A stretch of 63,547 nt of DNA, the filler included. It is 9 parts of 9 records of this genome, joined end to end, with 100 filler letters (N's around TTAATTAATTAA, not from the genome) between each part and the next. Parts side by side here need not be neighbours in the genome. Positions count along the whole stretch, not along the records: positions 43,837 to 49,793 come from SRR31147125_32759; positions 49,894 to 58,124 come from SRR31147125_32775; 7 more parts are not named here. One strand, given 5' to 3'. The notes below the pieces were generated by a model, which was given only the letters and a program-made list of their open reading frames with translations, made no database searches and was not told the origin of the DNA. This document shows, in pieces, positions 43,891-55,671 of the stretch (its first letter is position 1; each line of letters begins with the position of its first letter). The position numbers were made by a program, and so were the translations under genes.

Positions 43891-46499
43891 ATCTCTCGTG
43901 AAACATCTAGATGAGTCAATGGTCAAGCGTGTCGTTGACCAGATTGGACAGATGGTAGAAGGGGGAATTGACCGCGTTAAGTTGCAGAAAGGAGACGAAT
44001 ATGTTGTGTTGGTTGGAGGTGGTACGTCTTCTCGTTGCTCGGGCTGTCCCCGTATGTCGTTTCATTGTGACCATCCAGGCAGCATTCTTCTCAAGAAAAC
44101 CTTGGCGGGAGCGATTGAAGTGACTCGTCCGAAACTCTTTGATTGTGCCAATGCTGTTGGTGCTGCCATCGCACAAGGTGAGTGTACACGCACATGTGGC
44201 TACAAACCACGAAAAGAAACACATCACCTAGTATCGGGCGAATTGGATGAACTCGTGCATCTGGAGGGTTTGTTGTGTGGTGGATAGAGTTAGCAGTGTA
44301 TTCTCAGTGGTTTCCTCAGGATTCACACGCGAAAAGGCCATTCTGGATGCTAAGGCCAAGGTTACCGCACGCGCTATAGAGAATGGAGCAGTTCCGGGCA
44401 CCGTGCATATCGTAGATGTTGAGGATCAAAAAATTGGTGCGTGTGTGTCGTGTGATCATCTTCCACATGTTCGTTCACGTATGCACGCACCAGCCTATAT
44501 CCCCGGAGACGTTTTTCGTATCCGTGTGAGGGCTGTGGGCGATCTCGATCTTGAGTGTACACAAGGGGCTCCCGATGCTCCCGATGCTCCCGATTCCTCC
44601 AACAAAGCAGACGTTACGAACCCCGTCGTACCTCCACCGACTGGTGAAATCACGGCACCACCATCCGAGGACGCTTCGAACCCCTCCGTGTGCCCTCCTC
44701 TCCCCACCCCTGTGCGTGAGAAGCCGACCCTTCCCCTGCCAAACGTCGATGAGAATGGATGGCATCTCACCCCGTTGGATGTGGAGTGTATCACCATTGG
44801 AGCGGCTATCCTGGGCACGGGTCCGGCCGCCTACGGATGTATCGGCTGTATTCTCCTCACTGTATCATAGGTGGTGGGGGCAGTCCGTACTTGGGGAAGC
44901 TGCGAGCCATTCGGGATCTGAGAGAAGGACGCCACTTACGTGTTGTTCCCCCTGAGTATGTCAAGGTCCGCATTAATTCTCCTTTCTGCATGCATGTGTC
45001 CTGACTCGTTTGTTAGCATGGGGAAACAGTTCTTTGTAGTGCAATGCTTGGGGCCCCAACTGTGAGCGTCGAGAAGATCTTCAAGGGAACCGTGCGACTT
45101 GCCCTTAATTGAGTCTGATCCATGTAACACGACCACATCCAGGAATGTATCAATGCAATTTGCGCCATCAAAGAGAGGCTGGATACGGAAGTTGTGGGTG
45201 TTATATCTATCGAGATGGGTGGTGCGACGAGGGAGAGACAGAATGCGTGGTGGTGGTAGTTAACGTGATCTGGGTCTAGGGGCGAATTCCACGGAACCTA
45301 TGTTGACAGCAGGACTTCTTGATGTTCCCATTATCGATGCCGATAGCATGGGCCGTGCATTCCCTGAGGTCCAAATGACAACATGGTGCGATGAGGTTGT
45401 ACGCTTCCCAGCTCACACACAATGATAGGTCTGTCAATGGGATGGGATGCAAACCAGCTGCAATGTGTGATGAATTTGGAAACGTGGACCTGTTCCTCAG
45501 TCCTGAGGTACGATATACAACACACACGTTCGCACATACGCACACACAAACGGTTCATACCAGACTCCACTTGACCTTGAGAAACAAATGCGCGAATCGG
45601 TAATTCGAATGGGAATGGTGGGTGGAGTGTGCCTGCCTCCCGTACCGTGCGTTCTGTGTGATCTTATGCAGCAATCATACTGAGTGCGTGAGTATCTTGG
45701 CGTAGGGAAGAGTTTGTCCGCAAATACTCCACCAAATACACCATGAGCCAAGCATGGCGCATTGGACGACGATCAATGCTTGCCCGTGCACACACGGTGA
45801 GGAAATGATGAGGTATTGTCGTTTCTGACTTGCTCTATGGCAAAGATGGATCCGATTAAAGCTGTCTATGCACCCGAAGGAGGACAGCTTCTTTTCGTCG
45901 GAAAGATAACACTGGTTGCGTCGTTGCTTGTCTATCTATGGTTGGTGGAGTGATATCATCTCACCAGGTGAAGCGTGACTCGGAAGGAGCCTTTGCACGG
46001 GGATACGTGGAGATCCAGGGTCTTGACGAGTACAGTGGGCTGACTCTGTGCGTCTCCGCGATGCGTGATCGATTTGTCACTCACACCTTGCGGTGAAGGT
46101 TTGTTGATATCCAAAACGAGAACCTTATTGCTCGTGTGTGCCATCCCGGGCAAGAGAGAAAGGATGGACGCGTTTTGGCATCTGTTCCTGATTTGATTAC
46201 AATCATGGATCGCGAAACAGGCCGTCCCATTCCAACGGAGGAGGCAAGGTGAGACGTCCACGAATCTGTTTTGTTCTTCTCTGATACGGTATCATTGAAG
46301 ATATGGATTCCGTGTCTCTGTGATCGGTCTCCCGTGCCATCCTCTGTGGCGCAGTAAGAAGGCACTGGAAGTGGTTGGTCCGCGTTACTTTGGCTATCCC
46401 ATTGAGTGGTGCCCCCTTGGGGAGTACGTGATCCCCAGGCCCGTGGCTCTGTGGAAAGATGGGAAGATTGTCCTGGGCGAGATGGACGACGCTGTGTGA
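43891..46499 (+). CDS. Spliced eukaryotic gene: hydantoinase A/oxoprolinase C-terminal part fused to DUF917 (5'-truncated)
   Basis: Removing GT-AG introns 44022-44078, 44178-44231, 44268-44319, 44437-44493, 44821-44870, 44966-45016, 45092-45142, 45222-45279, 45386-45428, 45508-45563, 45647-45705, 45797-45845, 45915-45967, 46048-46098 and 46249-46300 gives one stop-free frame. It reads VLVGGGS, ANAVGAAIAQVSGE, RAVGDL, then ILGTGGGGSPY, EMGGANS, DADSMGRAFPE, QNENL, SVPDLIT, VVGPRYFG. Confidence 0.9.
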
Positions 46500-46518
46500 T
46501 TCGGAAAACACATTGGGT

Positions 46519-47825
46519 TTAGCGCCTCCTCTCCGCATCTTGCATATATTCCATCGTTCGCATGCGGGGACGCCTGTGCCAACGAGCGAACGAATAAATG
46601 GTTGAAGACGATGAGCAACAACACCAAACGTATACCCCTTTCCTCGTCGAGCCTCCTCCTCCCTGTAGTGGTCCAAGCTGTCAAACTCACCCAGGGGCAT
46701 CATACTTTCTTGTGCTCTCACGGCAGTACGGATACCCGCAACTTTGGCGGACAGCTAACACATCGTGTTACACAACAGGGAATTGGGATGAGTGACGTAC
46801 ATTCCTCTGATATTCTCTGTGTTGTTCTTGTGCAGTGGCCACATCATCCGCCTTTGTCCTAATCTCTCGAAGTAATCGTTCCGAGTTTTCACACCTTACC
46901 CACACTTGATGAGGGAGGCTACACACGCACACACGCGCACACACACCAATGCTGCAACGTGTTCATCAGTTCTGGTACTCGCTCGGGTTGTACATCACGC
47001 CCACGCGAGTAGTGGACCTATTTGATGGGATGAGGATCAAACCAAACTCACGCCCAACCAGCGCACTTCAAGGTGGCGAGACTTCTGATCCAATTTTCCT
47101 CGTATCTTCCCCCCCGCACACGCTCTCTTAGCAAACATCATCCACCCATACCCAACCCCATCCCACCAGTCCCGTGTAGATGGCCTCAATGATCAAGTCT
47201 TCCAATTCACGAACGTCCGGCATGCCCAATTGTTCTAGTAGGAGGTCGTATGGAAGGATCTGCGTGGATCAGAGCGATTCAACGCTCCCCCAGAGCCTCG
47301 AGAGAGCATCTCCCACCTTGTGTTGCGACGCCACTCCTATGAGCGTGAGAGTTTTCAGCTTTCGAAGTTGTCCTTCACTAATTTGAGGTAGTGCTTGTTC
47401 GTTTTCTTGTGTGGGGAGAGTGAGACCATCACACACCATCACACACCATCGCACACCACCGCACACGTACGAAGATAATCGTGATAGGTTCCATATGCAA
47501 AGAGTCGTAGTAAATCATGCCAGGGTTTTCCATCAGGAAGAGAGGCGAGCTGTGTGGGGGTGTTTCGTCGTCAGCCCCATCCCATCTCACCCCCAAACGC
47601 GCCAACACACTTCTGCAATGTTTGGCAGTTCCAGAATCTCTCCAAACACAAAAAGGTTGGGATGAGATGTTGCCTACACGTCCCACACCTTGTTCAACAA
47701 GGACACGATATCTATCCCCCCGGCCCCACACAAACCTGAGCTACAAGAGCCATCGCCGCTTTGGCGTGTGCTGTCTTGCCAAGGGCTGTGAACTGCTCAA
47801 TGGCTTGCGCCTCCAATGCGTCCAT
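46519..47825 (-). CDS. CSN7: Spliced eukaryotic gene: COP9 signalosome subunit 7 (PCI domain)
   Basis: About 9 short introns. Spliced peptides ATSHPNLFVFGEILELPNI, LLRLFAYGTY.DY, KLKTLTL, VRELEDLIIEAIY.GL, IRGKLDQK, GRDV; last exon boundary less certain. Confidence 0.88.
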
Positions 47826-47954
47826 GGGGAGAACAAAAATGGCTGACGGATGAAAAGACGAGTGTCCTTCTCCATCCACTACGATGCAACGCCCCTCAAC
47901 ACGATCGTCCTTGTTCATCATGGCGGTGGCCTGTTCCATTCCACCCAACACAGA

Positions 47955-48028
47955 GTTCCCATTCCCATTCTCATTCTCATTCTAATTCTCATTCTAATTC
48001 TGATTCCAATTCTGATTCTGATTCCGAT
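47955..48028. repeat. Degenerate hexamer array (ATTCYN)n in the divergent intergenic region
   Basis: ATTCCC/ATTCTC/ATTCTA/ATTCTG/ATTCCA units, about 11-12 copies. Confidence 0.85.
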
Positions 48029-48230
48029 GAGTTGTGTGGAGTTGTCAGATCCAATCCTCCTAGTGCCTTTGTGTGTGTTCAAGGGTTTCGATTCCCACAG
48101 GCAAGACGATCTCCACGAGGGGGAAAAAACCAACACTCCATGTCCTTTCTTCCACACACGCCCTCCCCCTTCTCCCCTGTCTACAGGGCGTTCCCACTCC
48201 ACACTTCGAAGGGGTGTGCGGCGGGACCGT

Positions 48231-49793
48231 ATGGGAGAACCTAGTCTTCTCCCGTGGGTCACTGATCAACTCCACAAGTTACTGGGGTTTGCTGAGAAGA
48301 ACACCGTCCAATACCTCGTAGCCCTTGGTGTGTGCGAAAAGACGGGTGGTGTCGTGTGTGTGTGTGATATTGGGTTCTGGGTTCTCACGGTGTGTGTGTG
48401 TGTGTGTGTGTCTAATGCACAGCCAAGAAAGCACCCAGCGATCGTCACCTTCTTCGTGAACTCTCTAAGGTGGTACGTGTGGGCCTTTGGGACCTTATGG
48501 GTTCGTTGGGGTTAGGGTCAATGGCCCTCAAGCGTTGTCCTCCCGGCTCTCGTTCCCAGGACATCCCCGTTGATGCGTCAACACAAAGGTTTGCAACAGA
48601 GCTTTGGTCTCGTGTGACCCACACGACCGTCCGAGCGGCCCCAGCTGTGCAGGTGCGTGTTGGTGTATGTAGGTCAGCGTGTGTAGGCTCACGTGTGTGG
48701 ATAAGATCTCCCAGCATGATCGGGAGGTTGTGGAGCTTCTTCGCAAGAACGAGCAGTATACATTGGTGGAGGAGGACGCCGGTGGTGAGGAGGATACACA
48801 ACGGAGAAAGGCAAGGAAGGAACGTAAGAAGGAGAAACGAAGACATATTCGTGCGAAGAATGCAGAGGAAGAACCAGAGGAGGGGCCCACGGTGACACAG
48901 GTGTGGTGGTGTGTGCACGTGGATCGTTTGTTGCTGAGTTGGTGTTTGCTGTGTAAGGACACCCAAGAAACAAACTCCAAAGAAGTGGAATATGATGGCA
49001 TGACACATGAAGAAATCGAACGCGAGAAAGATTTGGAGGATCGTGACGCCTTTGCGGAACGCCTGAAGAAACGTGATGAAGAGAAGACGAAGAAGGTGTG
49101 TTGCGTTATGGTGTGCAGTGCTGCTCCCTTTGACGACGCACGTTTGCATTGTCCAGACAATCGAGTCCAAGGAATCCAAGCAGGAAGAGGAGGTGGCGGC
49201 GAAGCGCCGGGCTATGAATGACGATGAAAAGACTGAGGCAATTCCCAAGTTACGTGAGATCTCACGACAAGAATATCTTAAGAAACGGGAAGACAAGAAG
49301 ATTGACGAGCTGAGGTACGTGTAAGGACGAGACTGGCCAGGCAGGATGTGACGTTGGAGAAATGTTCTTCAGGGATGCCATTATTGACGAGGAGTATTTG
49401 TTCGCGGATGTGAGGTTGACGAAACGGGAGCTGCAAGACAGGGAAAAGCAGAAGGAAATACTTCGGCTGGCATCGGAGCATCAGGATAAAGTGAGAAGGG
49501 CCGATGGCATTGATCGGTACATCCTTCCCGAGTCTTATGAGGATGAAGATGGCAAAATCGACACAAAGAAACGATTCGATGTATTGCGTGCAAGGTACAT
49601 CCACCGAGGAGGGGTGTGATAAGGGTGCACATGCGTCTTCTGCCTCGTTAGGTACACGGATCAGGAGCCCAAGGAACTCAAGACCGATCAAGAAGAGTGG
49701 GAGGAGCATGTTTTGAGTAAGACGGACGTGCACTTTGGTGCCACGGATGTTCGCGAAACCAAGAAGGACGAGTGCGTTGTCCCCTCTTCTTTT
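48231..49793 (+). CDS. DHX16: Spliced eukaryotic gene: DEAH-box splicing helicase DHX16/Prp2, N-terminal part (3'-truncated)
   Basis: At least 7 introns. PWI-like WVTDQLHKLLG..VQYLVALAK, DRDAFAERLKKRD, LREISRQEYLKKRE, DEEYLF..LT.RE. Confidence 0.85.
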
Positions 49794-50043
49794 NNNNNNN
49801 NNNNNNNNNNNNNNNNNNNNNNNNNNNNNNNNNNNNNTTAATTAATTAANNNNNNNNNNNNNNNNNNNNNNNNNNNNNNNNNNNNNNNNNNNNTTTTTCT
49901 TTCCCAGAAGACAAATTCATCCTGAATGAATCAAGCGTTTACCAGGATGTTTTGTATAAAACAGCTATCGGAATAACACATTTTTACAATTGTTATTCTC
50001 AAGAGTCACAACAATAAATTTATGTTTAATCAGAAAAAATATT

Positions 50044-51173
50044 ATGTCAACATCAACTTATGCTTCAAATATCAAACGTGGTGCCAGTTTTGTAAATCGT
50101 AAAATTAAAAACTCAAAACTCGTTAAAAAATCCTCCAAAAAGCAGGACTGCCGCCGGGCTCCCTGATTCATGTGGGAGAAAGAAAGATTGAAAAAACGCT
50201 GATCAGAATTTTCGATTATAACGAGACAAGCGTAAACGAAAAGACAATCAAAGATATTGAGGAATGCCTTCCCTGCAGAGACGAGGCAACGGTTACATGG
50301 ATTAATATTGACGGTTTACATGACATCCAGATTATTGAAAAAATTGGCATTTATTTTGATATACACCCACTCGTATTAGAAGATATTCTACATACCAGCC
50401 AGCGTCCAAAAATGGAAAATCATGAAAGTTACATCTATATCGTATTAAAAATGCTCTATTACGATGAAAACAAAGATGACATCACAGAGGAGCAATTCAG
50501 TTTAATCCTTGGATCGACATTTGTTATTTCCTTTCAGGAGCGGTTGGGAGATGTTTTCAATCCTCTTTGCGAGAGAATTCGAAGCAAACAATACCGGATT
50601 AATAAAAAGAAATCCGATTACCTGGCTTATTCTCTACTAGATGCTGTTGTGGACAATTATTTCATTATCATTGAAAAGCTCGGTGATAAGATTGAACGGC
50701 TGGAAGATGAATTACTAAGCAATCCAACACCTGAAACTCTCCAGGCGATACATGCCCTGAAAAGTACATTGATTTCATTACGTAAATCGGTCTGGCCTTT
50801 GCGCGAGCTGATAAATAGTCTGGAACGAAGTGAATCAGCGCTCATTGCTGAGTCGACAAATCCTTATCTTCGTGATATATACGATCATACAATTCATGTA
50901 ATTGACTCTATTGAGACATTTCGGGACATGGTTTCCGGCATGTTGGACACCTATCTATCAAGTGTTAGCAACAAAATGAATGAGGTTATGAAAGTACTCA
51001 CCATCATTGCCACAATATTTATTCCTTTAACTTTTATCGCCGGTATATACGGGATGAATTTTGAATTTATGCCGGAATTAAAATGGCATTGGAGTTATCC
51101 GGTCGTGTGGATTATAATGATTCTGGTTGTTGCTGCCATGCTTATCTATTTTCGCAGAAAAAAGTGGTTATGA
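50044..51173 (+). CDS. corA: Mg/Co transporter CorA (apparent frameshift near 50137-50141)
   Basis: KAGLPPG, HPLVLEDI, QRPK.E, FIAGIYGMNF.MPEL. Confidence 0.96.
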
Positions 51174-51189
51174 TAAAAAAGGGACAAGA

Positions 51190-52011
51190 ATGACAAAAAA
51201 GAACTCTATGAAAAAGATAAACGAAAACTGGGGAACATTTGAGATTGCAGAAAACAATATCTATTTCTGGCAAATCGGTGATTTGAAATTATGGTGTAAA
51301 CGTAGTGAAGATGAATTACAAATCGCATATAATCACAATAAGGTATGGGATAAAAGCACTCCTGAAGCAGATGACATTCCAGAGGATAAAAGCTGGTCTC
51401 GATGGAGCTTTAAAAAATCAAAAAAGATTGAAATCAAAATCAGTCCCCAGTTTCCGGATAGGCCTGTAGTTGTAAAACCAGAGTCTTCATTTAGCTTGGC
51501 AAAAGGCACTAGCGCTAAAATTTACATACGTATTCCTTTATGGATTCGTATCGAGTTGGCTGGCAAATCATTGGAAACCGTTCTGGAATTACCCGCCGTT
51601 ACTCTATCAAATACCTGGTTTGGAACATTTTTTGAGGGAGAATTGTGTTATTGGATCTCGACAGGTGCCAGACGAACAATCGAACCAGACGCTGAGCGAC
51701 CATACCTGGCTATTTCTCCACATCAACTGATCAATACCTCTGAAGAGGATCTCTTGATTGAAAAGATCTGCCTGCGAGTGAGCAATCTATCTTTATTTTC
51801 ACATAAGGATCAACTCTGGTCCGATGAAACAAAAATTTATTACAAAGGAAAAAATAAAATCAGCCAGGTTAAAACAAGCGGTAAACCGCCCTCTGAAGTA
51901 AATTCTGCTCAACTCATATCCCGTCCACGAATTCCAGAGAAGCAAAGTCTGGTTGCAAAAACCTTTGCATCTTTAAAAGAACTACCAAGCCTGGGTATTT
52001 CAGGCAATTAA
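51190..52011 (+). CDS. DUF432-like hypothetical protein
   Basis: P..PDRPVVVKP, LS.TWFG...GELCY, IEKICL motifs. Confidence 0.6.
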   Translation: MTKKNSMKKINENWGTFEIAENNIYFWQIGDLKLWCKRSEDELQIAYNHNKVWDKSTPEADDIPEDKSWSRWSFKKSKKIEIKISPQFPDRPVVVKPESSFSLAKGTSAKIYIRIPLWIRIELAGKSLETVLELPAVTLSNTWFGTFFEGELCYWISTGARRTIEPDAERPYLAISPHQLINTSEEDLLIEKICLRVSNLSLFSHKDQLWSDETKIYYKGKNKISQVKTSGKPPSEVNSAQLISRPRIPEKQSLVAKTFASLKELPSLGISGN

Positions 52012-52021
52012 GGAGAAACAT

Positions 52022-52894
52022 ATGGAAGCATCACATATTCTTAATGAAAGTTTAACTCAGTTATTCACAGTCCAAAAGATAGAACTTTTTATTAGAGCAG
52101 CTATCTTGCTTTTTATAGGCTTGCCTCTTGTTATTATGGCAAGTAAATGGATAAGGAAATATACATCAACAAAATATACAGCCCAGAAAGGCATGATTTA
52201 TAGCAAAGTTATATTGTATTCAGGCATAACAATAATCGTGGTCTCAGTATTACATGAAATGGGATTTAAACTCACGGCCCTTCTGGGAGCTGCCGGAATT
52301 GTTGGTATCGCACTTGGATTTGCCTCCCAAACAAGCGTATCAAACATCATTAGTGGTCTTTTCCTGATCGCTGAAAAACCTTTCGAGGTAGATGATATTA
52401 TTACTGTTGGCAGCAACACCGGTGTTGTTCTATCAATTGATATGCTGTCCATAAAACTTCGTACATTTGACAACAAATTTCTTCGCATACCGAATGAAAC
52501 CATCATTAAAAGCGAGGTGACAAATGTGACCCGGTTTCCTATTCGAAGGATCGATATTAATGTCGGCATTGCTTATAAAGAAGACATTGCCAAAGTACGT
52601 GAAATTTTACTGGATATTGCTCACAATAATCCACTCTGCCTGAACGAACCAACGCCTCTGGTCATCTTTTCAGGTTTTGGCACTTCGTCCATTGATTTAT
52701 TATTTCTGGTGTGGGCAGTAAAAACAGATTGGCTGACATTAAAAAATAGCATTACCGAAGAAATAAAAAACAGATTTGATGAAGAAGGAATTGAAATTCC
52801 TTTTCCACATCTTTCTTTATATAATGGTTCTGCTTCCGGACCTATACCAATAAAAATCATTCGCGATACTGGGAAAGAACCTGCTGAGGGATAA
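52022..52894 (+). CDS. mscS: Small-conductance mechanosensitive channel
   Basis: G.ALGFASQ..SN.ISG, PF.V.D, IPN, GIEIPFP. Confidence 0.92.
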   Translation: MEASHILNESLTQLFTVQKIELFIRAAILLFIGLPLVIMASKWIRKYTSTKYTAQKGMIYSKVILYSGITIIVVSVLHEMGFKLTALLGAAGIVGIALGFASQTSVSNIISGLFLIAEKPFEVDDIITVGSNTGVVLSIDMLSIKLRTFDNKFLRIPNETIIKSEVTNVTRFPIRRIDINVGIAYKEDIAKVREILLDIAHNNPLCLNEPTPLVIFSGFGTSSIDLLFLVWAVKTDWLTLKNSITEEIKNRFDEEGIEIPFPHLSLYNGSASGPIPIKIIRDTGKEPAEG

Positions 52895-52994
52895 TGTTTC
52901 ATATCTTTGAATGGCACTTTAACATTAATTAAAATTCTTCTAATCATAATAAAGAATGATATTGTTTATTTATTATAAAATGAGAGGAAAGTTA

Positions 52995-55376
52995 ATGGTG
53001 ACCAGTAAACAAAAAAAGTCTTCCCTAGGGGTGGAAGAAGTGAAAAAAATAAATGCCTATTGGCGCGCAGCCAATTACCTCTCCGTCGGTCAGATATATC
53101 TTCGCGATAATCCCTTGCTGCATGAACCACTGAATATTGACCAGGTCAAACCACGATTACTAGGTCACTGGGGTACAACACCCGGGCTTAATTTTATTTA
53201 TGTACACCTCAATCGACTTATCAAAAAACATGATTTAAATATGATTTACATTACCGGACCAGGGCATGGTGGTCCAGGTCTGGTTGCAAACACCTACCTG
53301 GAAGGAACCTACAGCGAGTTTTATCCCAATATCACCCGGGACACAGCTGGTCTGAAAAAATTATTTACCCAGTTTTCCTATCCGGGTGGCATCCCAAGTC
53401 ATGTGGCTCCGGAGACACCTGGATCCATTCATGAGGGTGGCGAACTTGGCTATGCTCTCGTGCATGCTTATGGTGCTGTTTTCGACAATCCGGATTTGAT
53501 TAGCTGCTGTGTTATTGGTGATGGTGAAGCTGAAACAGGCCCGTTAGCTGCTAGTTGGCACTCTAATAAATTTCTCAATCCTGTTCACGACGGCGCGGTT
53601 CTGCCAATATTACATCTAAATGGCTATAAAATCGCAAACCCGACTGTCCTGGCACGTCTGAATGATGAAGAACTGACTAACCTGTTTATGGGATATGGTC
53701 ACAAGCCCTATTTTGTCGAGGGAAGTGATCCGGAAAAAATGCACCAACTCATGGCAGAAACGCTGGATACTATCTTTGAAAAAATTCACTCAATTCAAAC
53801 AAAAGCCCGAACTGAGGGTTTCTCTGAACGTCCACAGTGGCCCATGATCGTCTTGCGAACACCAAAGGGTTGGACAGGACCCAAAGTGGTGGACGGTCTT
53901 CCTGTTGAAAACTCTTTCCGCTCACATCAGGTGCCTCTGTCTGCGTTAGCCAGCAATAAAGAGCACCTGAAACAACTTGAAGAGTGGATGAAAAGCTACA
54001 AACCCGAAGAGCTTTTTGATGAAAACGGAACATTAATACCAGAACTTACCGAACTGGCTCCAAAAGGTGACCGACGTATGGGTGCCAATCCACATGCAAA
54101 TGGTGGTTTATTACTCAAGGATTTAAAGATGCCTGACTTTCGCGACTATGCTGTTAAAGTTTCCAATTCTGGCTCGATCGTCTCTGAAGCAACCAAAATT
54201 ATGGGACAGTTTTTACGGGATATTATGAAATTAAATTCAAATCAGTGCAATTTTCGTGTCATGGGACCGGATGAAACAGCCTCAAACCGTCTAAGTGCCC
54301 TTTTTGAAGTAACTGACCGGGTTTCAACAGCTAATATTCTCCCCACTGATGTTAATATTTCGCCTGACGGTAGAGTGATGGAGGTTCTGAGTGAACACAT
54401 GTGTCAGGGCTGGCTGGAAGGTTATCTGTTAACCGGACGACATGGATTTTTCTCCTGTTATGAAGCATTTATTCATATTGTCGATTCCATGTTCAACCAG
54501 CACGCAAAATGGCTCAAAACGACCAGTGACATCCAATGGCGCCGCCCAATAGCTTCTCTTAATTACCTGTTAACCTCACACGTCTGGCGTCAGGATCACA
54601 ATGGCTTTAGCCATCAGGATCCGGGTTTTATTGATCATGTCGTAAACAAAAAAGCCGAAATCGTTCGCGTTTATTTACCACCGGACGCGAATACCCTGCT
54701 TTCCGTAACAGATCATTGTCTGAAAAGCCGTCATTACATCAATATCATTGTGGCAGGCAAACAACCGGCTTTACAATTCTTGGACATGGATTCAGCCATC
54801 AAACACTGCACTGCCGGAATTGGCATCTGGGAATGGGCCAGCAATGATGAGGGAGTGGAACCGGATGTGGTTTTGGCGTGCGCCGGAGACATCCCCACAC
54901 TGGAAACCCTGGCTGCTGTTGATATTCTACGTCAACATTTCCCGGATTTAAAAATCCGTGTTGTCAATATCGTCGATTTGATGACTCTTCAACCTGAAAG
55001 AGAACATCCACATGGTCTTTCTGATAAGCAATTTGATTCTCTTTTTACAGCAGACAAGCCCATTATTTTCGCTTTTCACGGATATCCATGGCTTATCCAT
55101 CGTCTGACGTATCGGCGTACCAATCATAAAAATCTCCATGTAAGAGGATATAAAGAAGAAGGAACGACCACAACACCTTTCGATATGGTGGTGCTGAATG
55201 ATCTGGACCGTTTTCACCTGGTCATGGATGTCATTGAACGGGTACCCACATTGGAAAAAATTGCATCCCATGTCAAGCAAGAAATGCGTGACAAATTAAT
55301 TGATCATAAACATTATATCAAGACCCATGGAGATGATATGCCAGAGATACGAGACTGGAAATGGCCTTACTCGTAA
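52995..55376 (+). CDS. xfp: Xylulose-5-P/fructose-6-P phosphoketolase
   Basis: [46 protein letters not shown]. Confidence 0.97.
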   Translation: MVTSKQKKSSLGVEEVKKINAYWRAANYLSVGQIYLRDNPLLHEPLNIDQVKPRLLGHWGTTPGLNFIYVHLNRLIKKHDLNMIYITGPGHGGPGLVANTYLEGTYSEFYPNITRDTAGLKKLFTQFSYPGGIPSHVAPETPGSIHEGGELGYALVHAYGAVFDNPDLISCCVIGDGEAETGPLAASWHSNKFLNPVHDGAVLPILHLNGYKIANPTVLARLNDEELTNLFMGYGHKPYFVEGSDPEKMHQLMAETLDTIFEKIHSIQTKARTEGFSERPQWPMIVLRTPKGWTGPKVVDGLPVENSFRSHQVPLSALASNKEHLKQLEEWMKSYKPEELFDENGTLIPELTELAPKGDRRMGANPHANGGLLLKDLKMPDFRDYAVKVSNSGSIVSEATKIMGQFLRDIMKLNSNQCNFRVMGPDETASNRLSALFEVTDRVSTANILPTDVNISPDGRVMEVLSEHMCQGWLEGYLLTGRHGFFSCYEAFIHIVDSMFNQHAKWLKTTSDIQWRRPIASLNYLLTSHVWRQDHNGFSHQDPGFIDHVVNKKAEIVRVYLPPDANTLLSVTDHCLKSRHYINIIVAGKQPALQFLDMDSAIKHCTAGIGIWEWASNDEGVEPDVVLACAGDIPTLETLAAVDILRQHFPDLKIRVVNIVDLMTLQPEREHPHGLSDKQFDSLFTADKPIIFAFHGYPWLIHRLTYRRTNHKNLHVRGYKEEGTTTTPFDMVVLNDLDRFHLVMDVIERVPTLEKIASHVKQEMRDKLIDHKHYIKTHGDDMPEIRDWKWPYS

Positions 55377-55397
55377 TCAAAAGTTAAATGCATTAAA

Positions 55398-55448
55398 AAT
55401 ATCTGGTAACCATTAAAACCAAACTCTGATTAATGGTTACCAGATATT
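55398..55448 (+). terminator. 19-bp perfect inverted repeat after xfp
   Basis: AATATCTGGTAACCATTAA...TTAATGGTTACCAGATATT. Confidence 0.65.
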
Positions 55449-55671
55449 GAAAAGAACATCATAAAAAAAATCGTTTAATTTAATTCACCTTCACTAGCTT
55501 AATCATCGGCCACGAAAGAGATTCTGCAAATGATTTAAAGGAAACAATCCATTCTATTCATCTTATAAAACAACGCCAAGATTTTATCTCACTTAAAATA
55601 TCCATATCCGGACGAATATTGTTCGACATTTTGCCCTAAACACATAATACTTTCTAAACAAAGGAAAAACA

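Noticed and set aside
47955-48028. ILILILIL / RIRIRM / HSHSNS low-complexity peptides; possible CRISPR array
   Set aside because: Simple hexamer array with no spacers; no CRISPR array or cas gene anywhere in the window
43898-49733. Dozens of short ORF-track entries read as novel bacterial or phage genes
   Set aside because: They are exon/intron read-through or antisense frames of three spliced genes
43891-49793. Alternative genetic code or non-canonical introns in the eukaryotic contig
   Set aside because: All inferred introns are GT-AG and the reconstructed exons have no in-frame stops
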